From NCBI GenBank assembly GCA_963745075.1, contig CAVUWV010000036.1, forward strand, positions 224,001-288,000: a DNA stretch of 64,000 nt. Reading direction: 5' to 3'. Under the pieces are notes generated by a model that searched no databases, was not told the DNA's origin, and saw nothing but the letters and a program-made list of their open reading frames with translations. Shown here one piece after another: positions 42,559-53,069 of this stretch (position 1 is its first letter; each line of letters starts with the position of its first letter). The DNA is from Candidatus Hydrogenedentota bacterium. Lineage in GTDB: Bacteria; Hydrogenedentota; Hydrogenedentia; Hydrogenedentales; SLHB01. Both the position numbers and the translations under genes were made by a program.

Positions 42559-43626
42559 CCCATTTTTCCCAAGAAACGGGCCGCGCTTCGGCGCGGCCTT
42601 TTGACGTGGTTCCGCAGGGAAGCACGAGACCTTCCCTGGCGACGCACGAAGGACCCCTACGCGGTGTGGCTGTCGGAAATCATCCTGCAACAAACCCGCG
42701 TCGACCAGGGCACGCCTTACTACGAGCGCTTCCTCGCCGCGTTTCCCAACGTCCACTCCCTCGCCGCCGCCTCGGACGCGCAAGTGCTCAAACTCTGGGA
42801 AGGCCTCGGCTACTACAGCCGCGCCCGAAACCTCCACCGCGCCGCAAAAATCCTGTCGCGCGAGCGGGGTGGCGAATTTCCTACCACGGCCAAATCATGG
42901 CAATCCCTGCCGGGGGTAGGCCGGTACACCGCCGGTGCGATTGCGAGCATTGCCTTCGATGAATCAGTCGCCGTCCTGGACGGCAACGTCATTCGCGTGC
43001 TCTCCCGCGTGTTCAACGTCGAGGAATCGACGGATGAAGCCGCGACCCGAAACCGGCTCTGGGAGATGGCCGAAGCGCTCGTGCCTGCAAAAGCGCCGGG
43101 GAATTTCAACCAGGCCGTGATGGAACTGGGCGCGCGGATCTGCACGCCACGCCAGCCCGCGTGTCCCGATTGTCCCATCCGGCGCCAATGCGAGGCATTT
43201 GCGGAGGGCGTTCACGAGCAACGGCCGGTGCGCAAGAAAAAGGCCGCCACACCGCATCGCGAATACGTGGTCGCCGTCATTCCAAAAAACGGACGATACC
43301 TGCTCGCACAACGCCCCGCCAAGGGTCTGCTCGGCGGCATGTGGGAGTTTCCTGCGGGGACCGTACGTTCGGGAGAGACGCATCCGGCTGCCTTGGTTCG
43401 TGTTACGCGAGAAGACTTCGGACTGAAGATTCGCGCTGGCGGGCTCGTCGCCGTCGTCAACCATGCCTACTCACACTTCAAAGTAACGCTCAACGTCTAC
43501 CATTGCGAATGGCTGGCCGGAACGCCTCAGGCCACCGAACACGTTCAAACGAAATGGGTTCCCCGATCCCATTTCCCCCGCTACGCCTTCCCCAAGGCCA
43601 ACCACAAGTTCCTGGAGTTGCTCTAG
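42538..43626 (+). CDS. mutY: A/G-specific adenine glycosylase MutY
   Basis: LPWR, SEIILQQT, WEGLGYYSRARNL, LPGVGRYTA, DGNV, C-X6-C-X2-C-X5-C, NUDIX-like C-domain. Confidence 0.96.
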   Translation: MVTVPIFPIFPKKRAALRRGLLTWFRREARDLPWRRTKDPYAVWLSEIILQQTRVDQGTPYYERFLAAFPNVHSLAAASDAQVLKLWEGLGYYSRARNLHRAAKILSRERGGEFPTTAKSWQSLPGVGRYTAGAIASIAFDESVAVLDGNVIRVLSRVFNVEESTDEAATRNRLWEMAEALVPAKAPGNFNQAVMELGARICTPRQPACPDCPIRRQCEAFAEGVHEQRPVRKKKAATPHREYVVAVIPKNGRYLLAQRPAKGLLGGMWEFPAGTVRSGETHPAALVRVTREDFGLKIRAGGLVAVVNHAYSHFKVTLNVYHCEWLAGTPQATEHVQTKWVPRSHFPRYAFPKANHKFLELL

Positions 43627-43629
43627 AAG

Positions 43630-43716
43630 AATGGGGACAGTAGCCATTTATTGTGAAGGTGCAATGTACCCAAACGTTCTCGGAATACGGGACAAATAAA
43701 TGGTTGCTGTTAGCAT
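43630..43716. repeat. Degenerate GGGGACAG-family inverted repeat
   Basis: AATGGGGACAGTAGCCATTTATT ... AATAAATGGTTGCTGT, between convergent genes. Confidence 0.75.
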
Positions 43717-43727
43717 TTTTCCTTTTC

Positions 43728-45249
43728 CTATCCCAACGCCCCTGCCGCGAAGGCCGCTGCGAGTTCGTTCTTCTTGACCTTGCCCGTGGCGGTCTTGGGC
43801 AACTCGCTCACAAAACGCACGATGCGAGGGCACTTGTACGGCGCAATCCGTTCCCGGCAATAATCGATGATGGCCACCGGATTCCATGGTCTGTCCTTCG
43901 GCCATCTTGACGGCCGCCAGCACCTCCTGGCCCCACTGCTCGTTGTCGACGCCAAGCACGGCGCAATCCTCCACGCCCGGAATCGTCGAAAGCACGTTCT
44001 CCACTTCCGTCGGGTAAATGTTTTGCCCGCCGCGGATGATCATGTCCTTCAACCGGCCCACGATATAGAGGTACCCGTCTTCGTCGAACCGCCCCAAATC
44101 GCCGGTGCGGAGCCATCCGTCACGCAGGACTTCCCGGGTGGCTTCCGGATTCTTGTAATACCCTTTCATCACCGTCGGACCTGCGATGAGCAGCTCGCCC
44201 ACGTCGCCCACGGGCACGTCGATGCCGTCCTCGTTGACAACGCGAATGCTGGTGTAGCGTAACGGCGGGCCCACGGAATTCCATTTGATGGGATCGTTCT
44301 CGTCGGCCGCGGCGCTCGCGCACGTCGCCTCGCTCAGACCGTACCCCATGACGAGGGGTTTCTTGAGCACTTCCTGCGTTTCAAGATAGGTCTTTTCCGG
44401 CAACGGCGCCGCGCCGGAGGCGAAAACGCGCATGGAACTGATGTCGCGCGGTTCCGCGCGCATCATCTTGCAGATGACGCTGTAAATGGTCGGCACCGCA
44501 CTCATGATCGTCGTCCGGTACGTTTCGATCGCAGGCAGAATTCCGAAGGGATTGAATTTCTTCATGATCACCACATCGCCGCCCGCCATCAACGGCGCGA
44601 GAATCGAAACAACTTGCGCGTTGACATGAAACAACGGCAGCACCAGCAAAAACCGGTCGTCCGGACCCATGGAAATGACATGCACGAGCATTCGCGCATT
44701 GGCCACATAGTTCCGATGGGTAAGAATAACGCCCTTAGGCATCCCGGTCGTGCCCGAGGTATAAATCAGCGCCGCGTCGTCATAGGGATCGGCGACAATC
44801 TCCCCGTCCGTTTCGACGGGCTGCATCAACGCGTCGAACCGCTCGGTCCCTTCCGGTGCGTCACCAATGACAAAGTAGCGCGATACCTGCGGGAAAAGGG
44901 CCTTTGCTTTCTGTAGTAGCGGACCGAATTCGGGAATGGTAACGATTGTCTCTGCGTCGGAGTTGTTGACGATATGGGCCAGTTCCGCCGGTTTCAGCAC
45001 GGGATTCACCGGGACCACGACCGCGCCGATGCGGCCCGCGCCGAGAAACAAGGCAACGAATTCCACGCAGTTGCCCATCAGTAGAACGATCTTGTCGCCC
45101 TTGCCGACGCCGCGCCCCGCAAGATTGCCCGCAACGCGCCGGGCGCGTTCGTCCATCTCCGCATAGGAAACTTCTTCCCCGTCGCATAGTATGAACGTCT
45201 TCTCGCCCAACCCCTGCGCACGTTCCTGGAGCAAGTGTGCAATCGTCAC
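43728..45249 (-). CDS. Long-chain acyl-CoA synthetase (ANL superfamily), frameshift ~43882
   Basis: YTSGTTGMPKG, GYGLSE, TGDLG, GRLKD; C-terminal LPKTATGK in the shifted frame. Confidence 0.88.
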
Positions 45250-45351
45250 GGATCGGTCCCTCCCGCTCGAACCGCCGCCGGTAGCAGGCGCATGAGTCAC
45301 CCCCACTCGGGATCGCGCCGCGCCGCGGCATTAAAGGACACGAAGGATACC

Positions 45352-45394
45352 AAAAGAACCGGGGGGCGTTGCAATGTACAACGCCCCCCGGTTC
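45352..45394 (-). terminator. Rho-independent terminator after the PilC/GspF gene
   Basis: 16-bp stem GAACCGGGGGGCGTTG / CAACGCCCCCCGGTTC followed by TTTT on the minus strand. Confidence 0.78.
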
Positions 45395-45414
45395 ATCAAT
45401 CACTTCCGGATGGA

Positions 45415-46677
45415 TCAGGAGCCTGCAGACGCGCCCAACTTTTCCATCATCGTAATCATCGGCACGAACAACGCCAGGAATAGCACCAGCACCACCAGCC
45501 CAATAAGTATGGTCAGAATCGGCTGCAGCATCTCGCCCAGCGTGCCAATGGTGATATTGAGTTCCTCCTCGTACGTCTCGGCGATGTGCTCGGCGATGTC
45601 GTCGAGTTGCCCGGACTCCTCACCGGTGACCAACATGTCGACCACGACCGGCGGAAAGATCCCCTTGGCCGCGCGCATAGGTTCCTCGATGCCCTCGCCG
45701 CGCTCCACGCTGTCGCGCACGCCTTGCAACGCTTGGGCCATCGCTTTGTTGTGAATTACGTTACGGACCAGGTCCAGCGTCACCATCATCGAAAGACCGC
45801 TGCGCAACAACAGCGACAAGGAATGCGTGAAGTCTACCACCGCGCGTTTCCGGACGATCGAATGCCCGATCTTCGGCAACCGCATCTTCCACCGGTCGGC
45901 CCGGACACGCCACAGCGGACTGACCCGCACCATCGCCTTGTAAACGAAGAACAGGATGACCACGATCGCGATCGCCGGCACGACCACCTTCCATGAACTC
46001 AGGGTTTCAACCGTGGAAATAAGCGTCGTCGTATACCACGGCAACTGGCCCGCGATATCGAGCTTCGTAAAGATATCTTGGAACTGCGGCACCACAACCT
46101 TGGCAATAAGCAGCAACACCAGACAGCACACCACGACCAGCACCACCGGATACCACAGCGCGCCTTTCATCCGGCGGCTGAGCATTTCCCGCCGCTCGCG
46201 GTAGACGATTAACCGTTTCAACACCGTGGTCAACGTACCGCTGGCCTCACTGGCCTTCACCAGGTTGACGAACACGGGATCGAATTGATGCGGATGGCGC
46301 TCGAACGCCTGCCACAGCGCGTTCCCGCTTTCCACGTAGCTGCAGATGTCCGCGACCAGGGCGCGGATCCGCGGCCGTTCACTCCGTTGGGACAGGATCT
46401 GCAGCGACTTCAGCAGCGGCGTGCCCGCGTCCAGCAACATGATCAACTGCCGCAGGATGTCCGTAATGTCGTGTTCCCGAATACGACCCATACCGCCCGA
46501 GAGCAGACCGGTTCCTGAATAGGAACGCGAGGCTACGGGAGTCGCTACCGCACTCTCGGCGGTTTCATCGAGATCGAAGGTCGCCTTCGCGGTAGCTTTG
46601 CGAGCGCCGCTCTTCTTCTTGCTGCGGGATACCCGCTTAATGCCTCCCGTGGCAGGCTTATCGCCTTTCGTGGCCAT
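45415..46677 (-). CDS. Type II secretion/type IV pilus platform protein GspF/PilC
   Basis: RQL..LLDAG.PL, EASG.L, AL.YP, GEESGQL, QP. Confidence 0.9.
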   Translation of the reverse strand: MATKGDKPATGGIKRVSRSKKKSGARKATAKATFDLDETAESAVATPVASRSYSGTGLLSGGMGRIREHDITDILRQLIMLLDAGTPLLKSLQILSQRSERPRIRALVADICSYVESGNALWQAFERHPHQFDPVFVNLVKASEASGTLTTVLKRLIVYRERREMLSRRMKGALWYPVVLVVVCCLVLLLIAKVVVPQFQDIFTKLDIAGQLPWYTTTLISTVETLSSWKVVVPAIAIVVILFFVYKAMVRVSPLWRVRADRWKMRLPKIGHSIVRKRAVVDFTHSLSLLLRSGLSMMVTLDLVRNVIHNKAMAQALQGVRDSVERGEGIEEPMRAAKGIFPPVVVDMLVTGEESGQLDDIAEHIAETYEEELNITIGTLGEMLQPILTILIGLVVLVLFLALFVPMITMMEKLGASAGS

Positions 46678-46710
46678 GATCGATCGTCCTCCCTTGGGTC
46701 TAACTCGTTC

Positions 46711-47745
46711 CTAAGCCGCCGGATTCTCCGAGGTGGATTCCTGCGCGTCGTCCGATTCGTTCCGCTCAACCGACTCATTCCAATACAACACGTCCGGATT
46801 GCCCGCGCGGTCGATGTATACGACCGCTTCGATCTCCTCGGCAGCCAATACCGCACGTCCTTCGGCCGGCGCCCTCGTATCGACAAGTTCCGCATCGCCA
46901 ATCACGCGAAAGCAGCGCGACGTAAAACTCAGCTCGTCCGGCAGCGTATTCAACGCGTCGGGCGCCGGCCGCACATTGAAGGTCGCCGGGTCTTTGCCGG
47001 CAGCGGCGCTCAATTCCGTTACATCGCTGAACGGCCGGGTGCTGCGGGCGTCAATCACACGCTTCGCAACGTCCGGCGTAACGGCCAGCAGCGCCTCGAG
47101 CACCGGCACGGGCGCCGTGTTGACGTTCATATACCCTTTTGCATCCGCCGGGTTCGGCACGGTGTATACGGTCAGCATCTGCTTCATCTCCGGCGTCAAT
47201 TGGGCCGATTTAAGTAACCCGCGGGTCACCAGTTCATCCACGTCGGTAAACCAGCGCCGGTTCCCGCTGTTGTCTCCCGCGCCGCCCTCGCTTCGGGGCA
47301 GGTCACTCCGAATCTGGCGCGCCGTTTCTCCATCCACACCGAGAATCTCGCGCAGGACGTTCGGCGGCGCATAGTTGATATTGATTCGCGCGGATTCGTC
47401 CTCCAAGTGCACGCGCACCCGAATCACCCGGGAGTCCGACGCCTCCAGATCCGCGCCTTTTCCAACGTTGTCCCGGTACACCGCCAACTCGTACGTAATA
47501 GGTTCGGCCAGGGACGGCATCGCGCCCTGCACGACGGCCTCCCGGGCCGTTTCTATCCCGGCGTTGATGCCGCCGCGCGCCGCGTATATCGCCTCCGTGT
47601 AATGCGTGTCCATCGCCGATTGTTCGTGCTCGATAGCCATGAATCGCACCCATGCGATCCCCAGCATCGTAAACACAATCAGCAAGCCCAACGCCGTCAG
47701 GAGGGCCGCGCCTTCATTTCGTCGGAAATCCTTTGAACGAGTCAT
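46711..47745 (-). CDS. GspK-like minor pseudopilin
   Basis: EGAALLTAL, DESARININYA, NVNTAP, RPF. Confidence 0.78.
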   Translation of the reverse strand: MTRSKDFRRNEGAALLTALGLLIVFTMLGIAWVRFMAIEHEQSAMDTHYTEAIYAARGGINAGIETAREAVVQGAMPSLAEPITYELAVYRDNVGKGADLEASDSRVIRVRVHLEDESARININYAPPNVLREILGVDGETARQIRSDLPRSEGGAGDNSGNRRWFTDVDELVTRGLLKSAQLTPEMKQMLTVYTVPNPADAKGYMNVNTAPVPVLEALLAVTPDVAKRVIDARSTRPFSDVTELSAAAGKDPATFNVRPAPDALNTLPDELSFTSRCFRVIGDAELVDTRAPAEGRAVLAAEEIEAVVYIDRAGNPDVLYWNESVERNESDDAQESTSENPAA

Positions 47746-47753
47746 GATCTCCC

Positions 47754-48383
47754 TCACTGAACGTGTACCGGAAACACGTGCACTCGTGCGATCTGGTCGC
47801 GTAACGGGTTACCGGGAGGCGTCAAGTTGAGACTCACGCGGACGGCCCGAGGCAGCGCGTTATCCGACCACGCCGAAACCCACTGCTTGCCGTCGGATGT
47901 GTATTCCACGCGAAATTGGAGCACGCCGGGGACGACGCGCACCTCATCCGGCTCCTGCTCCTTCGCCCCGAGTATCTGTCGCGAGCGGGTCAGGGCATCT
48001 TCATTGCCTTCCCGCTCCACCGCGTAGGTCACCACGCTCGGGATTACATCGCCGTCCAGATTCGGCGTCAGCACAGGGATCGATACCGTGTCGTTTGCCA
48101 GCGGTATCCCGAAGAACGCTTCGGTCTTAACATTCCCCGAGGTTCCCGTCAGTGGCGTGGTGGTCAACGAGGAAGCGATAACCGCGTCCAGATCCTCTCC
48201 GATCCGCTCGAATACGATCTCGGCCCGGCGATCCATTTCCGTACGCGTCCGCAAATCGTTCCAGTAGTCGGTCATCTTTACGAAAGTAACTGCCCCAATA
48301 CCGCTCACAACCGCCAGGATCGCGAGGACCACCAGCAGTTCCAGGATGGTAAATCCCAGTGTAGAGCTGCGGTCCGGCTTCAT
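47754..48383 (-). CDS. GspJ-like minor pseudopilin
   Basis: GFTILELL prepilin motif; W...W....LPRAVRV. Confidence 0.8.
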   Translation of the reverse strand: MKPDRSSTLGFTILELLVVLAILAVVSGIGAVTFVKMTDYWNDLRTRTEMDRRAEIVFERIGEDLDAVIASSLTTTPLTGTSGNVKTEAFFGIPLANDTVSIPVLTPNLDGDVIPSVVTYAVEREGNEDALTRSRQILGAKEQEPDEVRVVPGVLQFRVEYTSDGKQWVSAWSDNALPRAVRVSLNLTPPGNPLRDQIARVHVFPVHVQ

Positions 48384-48916
48384 GCCCCACCTCCCATCGC
48401 CGGAAGCGGCATCGTCGTGGTTAAACTGACGGACTGTTTCCGCCCTTCTTGCGTCCAACGGACGACCGCGGTAATCGCGTACACGTTCGGCGCGCCGTCA
48501 ATGCTGCGCGCATACACGCTGCTCGTGAATTGGCCGTAGAACCTCCGCTCTCGGTCGGCCGCGGCGGGGTAGGTGGGGACGGTGGCCGGAAACGCCGGCA
48601 TCTCGCCGTTGGGAGCGACGGTCGCGTCGCCTGGCGCTTTCACCTCGACAAGCTCGCCCGAGGCCAGCGCGTCGGGTTTCGGCCATTCGTACCGGGACGG
48701 GGCAATCGCGCAATCCGCGAGCCGGGCCTCGGCAATGCTGTAGGCCGCACGGCGTGAACGGTCCCCCCGGCCTAGCGAGACGCTCATTGTAAACATGGAT
48801 AAGATGATGTAGGTGGCCACGCTCATGACGACCAGCGCCACCAGCACTTCGATGAGCGTGAAACCTGCTGCTCCTCGCCTACCCACACCACTGCGCACGT
48901 GACAGGTTTCAACCAC
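48380..48916 (-). CDS. GspI/PilV-like minor pseudopilin
   Basis: GFTLIEVLVAL prepilin motif. Confidence 0.8.
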   Translation of the reverse strand: MVETCHVRSGVGRRGAAGFTLIEVLVALVVMSVATYIILSMFTMSVSLGRGDRSRRAAYSIAEARLADCAIAPSRYEWPKPDALASGELVEVKAPGDATVAPNGEMPAFPATVPTYPAAADRERRFYGQFTSSVYARSIDGAPNVYAITAVVRWTQEGRKQSVSLTTTMPLPAMGGGA

Positions 48917-49069
48917 TTGGTCGCTCCCCTTCTGTCTAGCGCCCGGGCACGTTACCCCGGGTTGTTCGGGTAAAAACTAAGCAATGAGCTAATACTGGAA
49001 CACCCGATTGCTTCACCGTGAGGTCCGCGTACACAATTGCACGCAGCACCGTCTCCCCATCGCACTTCT

Positions 49070-49099
49070 ATCCTAGCGTGACCTGCGGGAACAAGTCAA
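49070..49099 (-). promoter_or_regulatory. Putative sigma70 promoter for the pseudopilin cluster
   Basis: TTGACT-N18-TAGGAT. Confidence 0.45.
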
Positions 49100-49392
49100 C
49101 GCCTTTTATCTGCCCTTTGTCAAGTCCACGCAAAGCGTTACACGATACAGGGGAGTACCTGTGCCAAACAGCCATACGGTATCGGAAGGCATTGCGGCCG
49201 GTGCCGCGCACGGATTCTCGCAACTGCAAGCTCCCGTCAGGAAACGAGTAATCCATTGATGGAACGAACCGAAAATGCAATAGCAGTGTAAAGTGCGAAG
49301 GATAAGAGTCGCAGCAAACACGGGTCTCGAATGGAAACATGGAAAGTGGTTTTCGGGTTCCTCTATCACGAATAACGCGTGGCCGGGCGACG

Positions 49393-49542
49393 CTACTTCG
49401 CGGTCTTGGTTCGATTCCCCGCCGGGCAATCGCTGCACCCGCAGCCCGTCGACTTTCCGCGCAGCATGCGCCACGCGGTGCGCCCGAGGTAGGCGACACA
49501 GGCCGTCAGAATGATACCGATCGCGATCCACTGCGCGATCAT
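49393..49542 (-). CDS. FeoB-associated Cys-rich membrane protein
   Basis: 49 aa, single TM followed by GCGCSDCP; ATGA overlap with the feoB stop. Confidence 0.82.
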   Translation of the reverse strand: MIAQWIAIGIILTACVAYLGRTAWRMLRGKSTGCGCSDCPAGNRTKTAK

Positions 49543-51773
49543 GACAGGCCCCCCCAGCCCATCAACGTCGTGAGTTGATAGACGGCAAACGCCCCGAGAT
49601 ACGCGATGACGGTCATGTAACCGAATGTGAACGCGGGCCAACGCAGCGACCGGGTTTCCCGGCGAATGATGGCCAGTGTCGCGCCGCATTGGCAGCACAA
49701 CGCGAAGAACACCATGATGGACAGGGCCACGGGAATCGTGAACAGACGGCTTCCGTCGGTGCGCGTCGCCTTGTGCAGCACGTCCTTGAGTTGATCCGAA
49801 GATTCGTCCACATCGCTCCCCAAATAGAACGTCGTGCCCAAGGTGGCGATAACGACCTCCCGTGCGGGGAACGATGCGATCGCGGCCATTCCGATGCGCC
49901 AGTCCCATCCCAGCGGATGCACGACCGGCTCGATGACGTGCCCCATGCGCGCGAAGATGCTGTTCTGCAGTTGCGCCCCGCTTTCCTGGGAAGTCAGCGT
50001 GGCCAGTTGCGTATCCTTCTCCTGCGGAGCCAGATTGGAAGTCTCGACCGCCTGCCGTTTCGCGTCAAACTGGTCCGCAATCGCGCTCGAATGCGGGAAA
50101 TACGCCAGCGCCCATACCACGACGCTAATCGCAAAGATGATCGTTCCCGCGCGCCACAAGAACTCTTTGCCCTGCCGGTAGACCTTCTGCCCCACGGTGC
50201 TCCATTGCGGCAGCTTGTAGCTCGGCAGTTCCAACAAAAATGGCGGCGTCGCACCGCGGAGGAGGGTCCGTTTCAACGTCCATGCGACCGGAATCGCGAC
50301 CAGGATGCCGAGGCTGTACATGGCGAACAAGGTCAGTCCCTGAAGCCCGAGGATCCCGCCCAAGTACCCGCGCGCCGGAATGAAGGCCGCGATCATCAGC
50401 GTGTAGACCGGCAGCCGCGCGGAGCAGCTCATCAATGGCGCCACGAGGATCGTCGTCAACCGGTCCCGGCGATTGGAAATGGTTCGTGTCGCCATGATCC
50501 CCGGAATCGCGCAGGCAAAACTCGACAACATAGGGATAAACGACTGCCCCGAAAGGCCGCAACGGCTCAATAACCGGTCCATCAGAAACGCGGCGCGGGC
50601 CATGTAACCGCAGTCTTCCAGGATCGCGATGAACATCATCAGGATGAGGATCTGCGGGAGAAACACGAGGACACTCCCGACGCCCGCAAATATACCATCA
50701 ACAATCAGGCTCTGGAGCGGACCCTCCGGCAGCATGGCGCCAACGATTTGGCCCAATGCGCTACACCCCGCATCGATCAAGTCCATGACCGGCGCGGCCC
50801 ACGCATAAATCGCCTGAAAGACCGTGGCCATGATGAACGCGAAGATCAGGGTGCCCCACACCCGGTGTGTGAGCACCGTGTCCAGCCTGTCCGAGAACGT
50901 CATGGTGCGCGTTGCGGGTTTCCGCACGCCCGTCGAGACGATGCGCCGAATCCAGGCGTACCGGCTTCGGGCTTCCAACGCGGCGATGGAGCCGTTTGAC
51001 GATAGCCGCTGCCGGTGCTGGTCCAAGAGGGATTCGAGTTCGTTGCCCATCCGGCCGACCAACCGTTGCTCGGCGTATCCGTCGCGGTCGATCAACAAAC
51101 GCAGGACTTCCGTATAGTGAAAAACCTTCCCCAGCGCAACACCATGGTCGTCCAGCTTCGTCTTCAGCGCGTTCAATTCATCGACCAGTGTCTGCGGATA
51201 CTCCGGGCCGGAAAGCTGCGGCCCCGGTTCCTCGGAAATCGCTTCGAGGAGGGCCTTCTTGAGTGTATCGATCCCCTCGCGGCGGTAAGCACAAACCGAC
51301 ACGACTCGCGCGCCGAGTTCCGCCGACACCTTGGCCAAATCGACCTCGATATGCTGTTTCGCCGCGAGATCGCACATGTTGAGCGCGACCACGAGGGGCT
51401 TGCCCAGTTCCCGGAGTTGCGAGACGAGGTAGAGGTTGCGTTCGAGGTTGGTCGCGTCTACAACGGCGAGCACGGCGTCAATGGGCTGTTCGCCTTCCTG
51501 TTGGCCCAGGAGGACGTCGGCCACGATCATTTCGTCTGGCGAACGCGCAGCCAGGCTGTAGGTCCCCGGCAAATCCACTAGGCACGCTTTGCTCCCGTTG
51601 AGCTGCAAATGGCCCAGCTTTCGCTCGACCGTAACGCCCGGATAGTTCCCGGTGATCTGCTTCAATCCCGTCAACGCGTTGAACAGGGTTGTCTTGCCGA
51701 CGTTGGGGTTGCCAACGACTGCAATCGCGAACGTTTTTTTGGCGTTTTTCGTATGTAGTTCTGCGGTCTTCAT
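49539..51773 (-). CDS. feoB: Ferrous iron transporter FeoB
   Basis: GNPNVGKT, GNYPGVTVE, DLPG, NMCD, MSCSARLP, AREV. Confidence 0.97.
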   Translation of the reverse strand: MKTAELHTKNAKKTFAIAVVGNPNVGKTTLFNALTGLKQITGNYPGVTVERKLGHLQLNGSKACLVDLPGTYSLAARSPDEMIVADVLLGQQEGEQPIDAVLAVVDATNLERNLYLVSQLRELGKPLVVALNMCDLAAKQHIEVDLAKVSAELGARVVSVCAYRREGIDTLKKALLEAISEEPGPQLSGPEYPQTLVDELNALKTKLDDHGVALGKVFHYTEVLRLLIDRDGYAEQRLVGRMGNELESLLDQHRQRLSSNGSIAALEARSRYAWIRRIVSTGVRKPATRTMTFSDRLDTVLTHRVWGTLIFAFIMATVFQAIYAWAAPVMDLIDAGCSALGQIVGAMLPEGPLQSLIVDGIFAGVGSVLVFLPQILILMMFIAILEDCGYMARAAFLMDRLLSRCGLSGQSFIPMLSSFACAIPGIMATRTISNRRDRLTTILVAPLMSCSARLPVYTLMIAAFIPARGYLGGILGLQGLTLFAMYSLGILVAIPVAWTLKRTLLRGATPPFLLELPSYKLPQWSTVGQKVYRQGKEFLWRAGTIIFAISVVVWALAYFPHSSAIADQFDAKRQAVETSNLAPQEKDTQLATLTSQESGAQLQNSIFARMGHVIEPVVHPLGWDWRIGMAAIASFPAREVVIATLGTTFYLGSDVDESSDQLKDVLHKATRTDGSRLFTIPVALSIMVFFALCCQCGATLAIIRRETRSLRWPAFTFGYMTVIAYLGAFAVYQLTTLMGWGGLS

Positions 51774-51781
51774 TGCAATGC

Positions 51782-52006
51782 TTAGGTGTCAACCTCTACG
51801 AAGGCGGCCTCCGCTTTGCGCAAGGAAAGATGGTATCCCTGCACGCAAATCTCGATGGGGTCGCCAAAGGGCGCGATGCGAACGACTTCCACATCGGATC
51901 CTTCGATCACGCCCATCTCCTGGAGGCGTTGGTGGATCGCTCCCTCACCGTGGAGCGCGGTGACAACTCCGGATTCACCGGGTTTTAACTGACTGAGGAC
52001 TCGCAT
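51782..52006 (-). CDS. feoA: FeoA
   Basis: RLQEMG, APFGDP, LSLRKAEA. Confidence 0.93.
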   Translation of the reverse strand: MRVLSQLKPGESGVVTALHGEGAIHQRLQEMGVIEGSDVEVVRIAPFGDPIEICVQGYHLSLRKAEAAFVEVDT

Positions 52007-52046
52007 GGGCCATCCAAATATGCGACGCCCCGGCTCAACTCACTGG

Positions 52047-52352
52047 CTAAGTCGGATTGTTCAGGTTAAGACCAAGTCCCGCCAAGGCCGAAGGCACGTC
52101 GGAACTCGGTAAAATGCGGACCTGGACGTGCGACGCTTCGTCGCCCCGCAAACAAAATCGCGCATTTCCGACCTCGACAATCATCGGAGACCCGACCCGA
52201 ACCGCCCGAACGTACGCACCGGGCACCAGACCCAGTTCGCGCAGCCGCGCGCCCAACCCGGTATCCGCATCCAATGATACGACTTCGCCTTCTTCACCCG
52301 CTTCACACTCGGTAAGCGGGAGTTCAAAATCTACAACACGCTCTCCCACCAT
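52047..52352 (-). CDS. feoA: Second FeoA-family protein
   Basis: RLRELGLVPG, GSP, LRGDEA. Confidence 0.8.
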   Translation of the reverse strand: MVGERVVDFELPLTECEAGEEGEVVSLDADTGLGARLRELGLVPGAYVRAVRVGSPMIVEVGNARFCLRGDEASHVQVRILPSSDVPSALAGLGLNLNNPT

Positions 52353-52435
52353 GGATTCCCCCTGGAATACCGGCCCTACGAGCCGGTGGTTATGTTGCCA
52401 ATCAATCAACAACGTACTTCAGTAACTTCCAACGA

Positions 52436-53026
52436 TTACGACTGACTTGACCGAGCCTGCTTGCCCAACCGCCGATGGAACTCGCAGTTCTCGCCGACCG
52501 GTGTCAGGCAATCCCCCCCGTCACACAAGGGGCAGTGCTCCGCCGATTCGCATCCGGGACGGAAACACGACATCACGTCGTTGATCTTCGCGGCCCGGGT
52601 TTCGTCACTGAGGATGTATCGCATAAGCCAGACGAGACGCCGTCCCGTTTCCAGGCTCATCAAATGCTCCATCTTGCAGGCGTCCGAAAGCGCCGTCTCC
52701 GGTGAAACACCCAGTACTTCCTCAAAGAACTTCGACAAAATTCGGAAATTCTGCTCGACCAGGATGGCCATCTGGAAGCCCTCTTCCGTCAGCAGTAAAA
52801 ACCGATGAGGATCTTCCGACACCCAACCCCGCTTCTTCAGTTGCGAAATCGACATGGACGCGGCCCCGCGCGAGACTTCCAGCATCTCCGCAACGTCCGT
52901 CACGCGGGCATATCCGTATTCCTCGCGCAACGCGTCGATGGCCATAAGATAATGGGCCGCGGAATGGGTGATATCGTTCTTCTCGAAGTCACGCCAATAC
53001 GTCGAATCGTTGATGGGCTTGCTCAT
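52436..53026 (-). CDS. DtxR/MntR-family metal-dependent regulator with Cys-rich tail
   Basis: YL.AI, ARVTDVA..LEVS, LT.EG, ACKMEH; heads the feo operon. Confidence 0.88.
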   Translation of the reverse strand: MSKPINDSTYWRDFEKNDITHSAAHYLMAIDALREEYGYARVTDVAEMLEVSRGAASMSISQLKKRGWVSEDPHRFLLLTEEGFQMAILVEQNFRILSKFFEEVLGVSPETALSDACKMEHLMSLETGRRLVWLMRYILSDETRAAKINDVMSCFRPGCESAEHCPLCDGGDCLTPVGENCEFHRRLGKQARSSQS

Positions 53027-53037
53027 CGTGTAATCTC

Positions 53038-53059
53038 TTTGTTTAGCATAGCAAACTTA
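53038..53059. promoter_or_regulatory. Candidate DtxR/MntR operator
   Basis: Imperfect palindrome GTTTAGCATAGCAAAC between the -10 box and the regulator ATG. Confidence 0.45.
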
Positions 53060-53069
53060 TGTTTTACGA

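Noticed and set aside
9725..45249. Programmed frameshifting or mass pseudogenisation
   Set aside because: No slippery sites, no in-frame stops, intact motifs on both sides, and a shared indel signature
49170..49190. Sigma54 site TGGCAC upstream of the pseudopilins
   Set aside because: Lacks TTGC at -12
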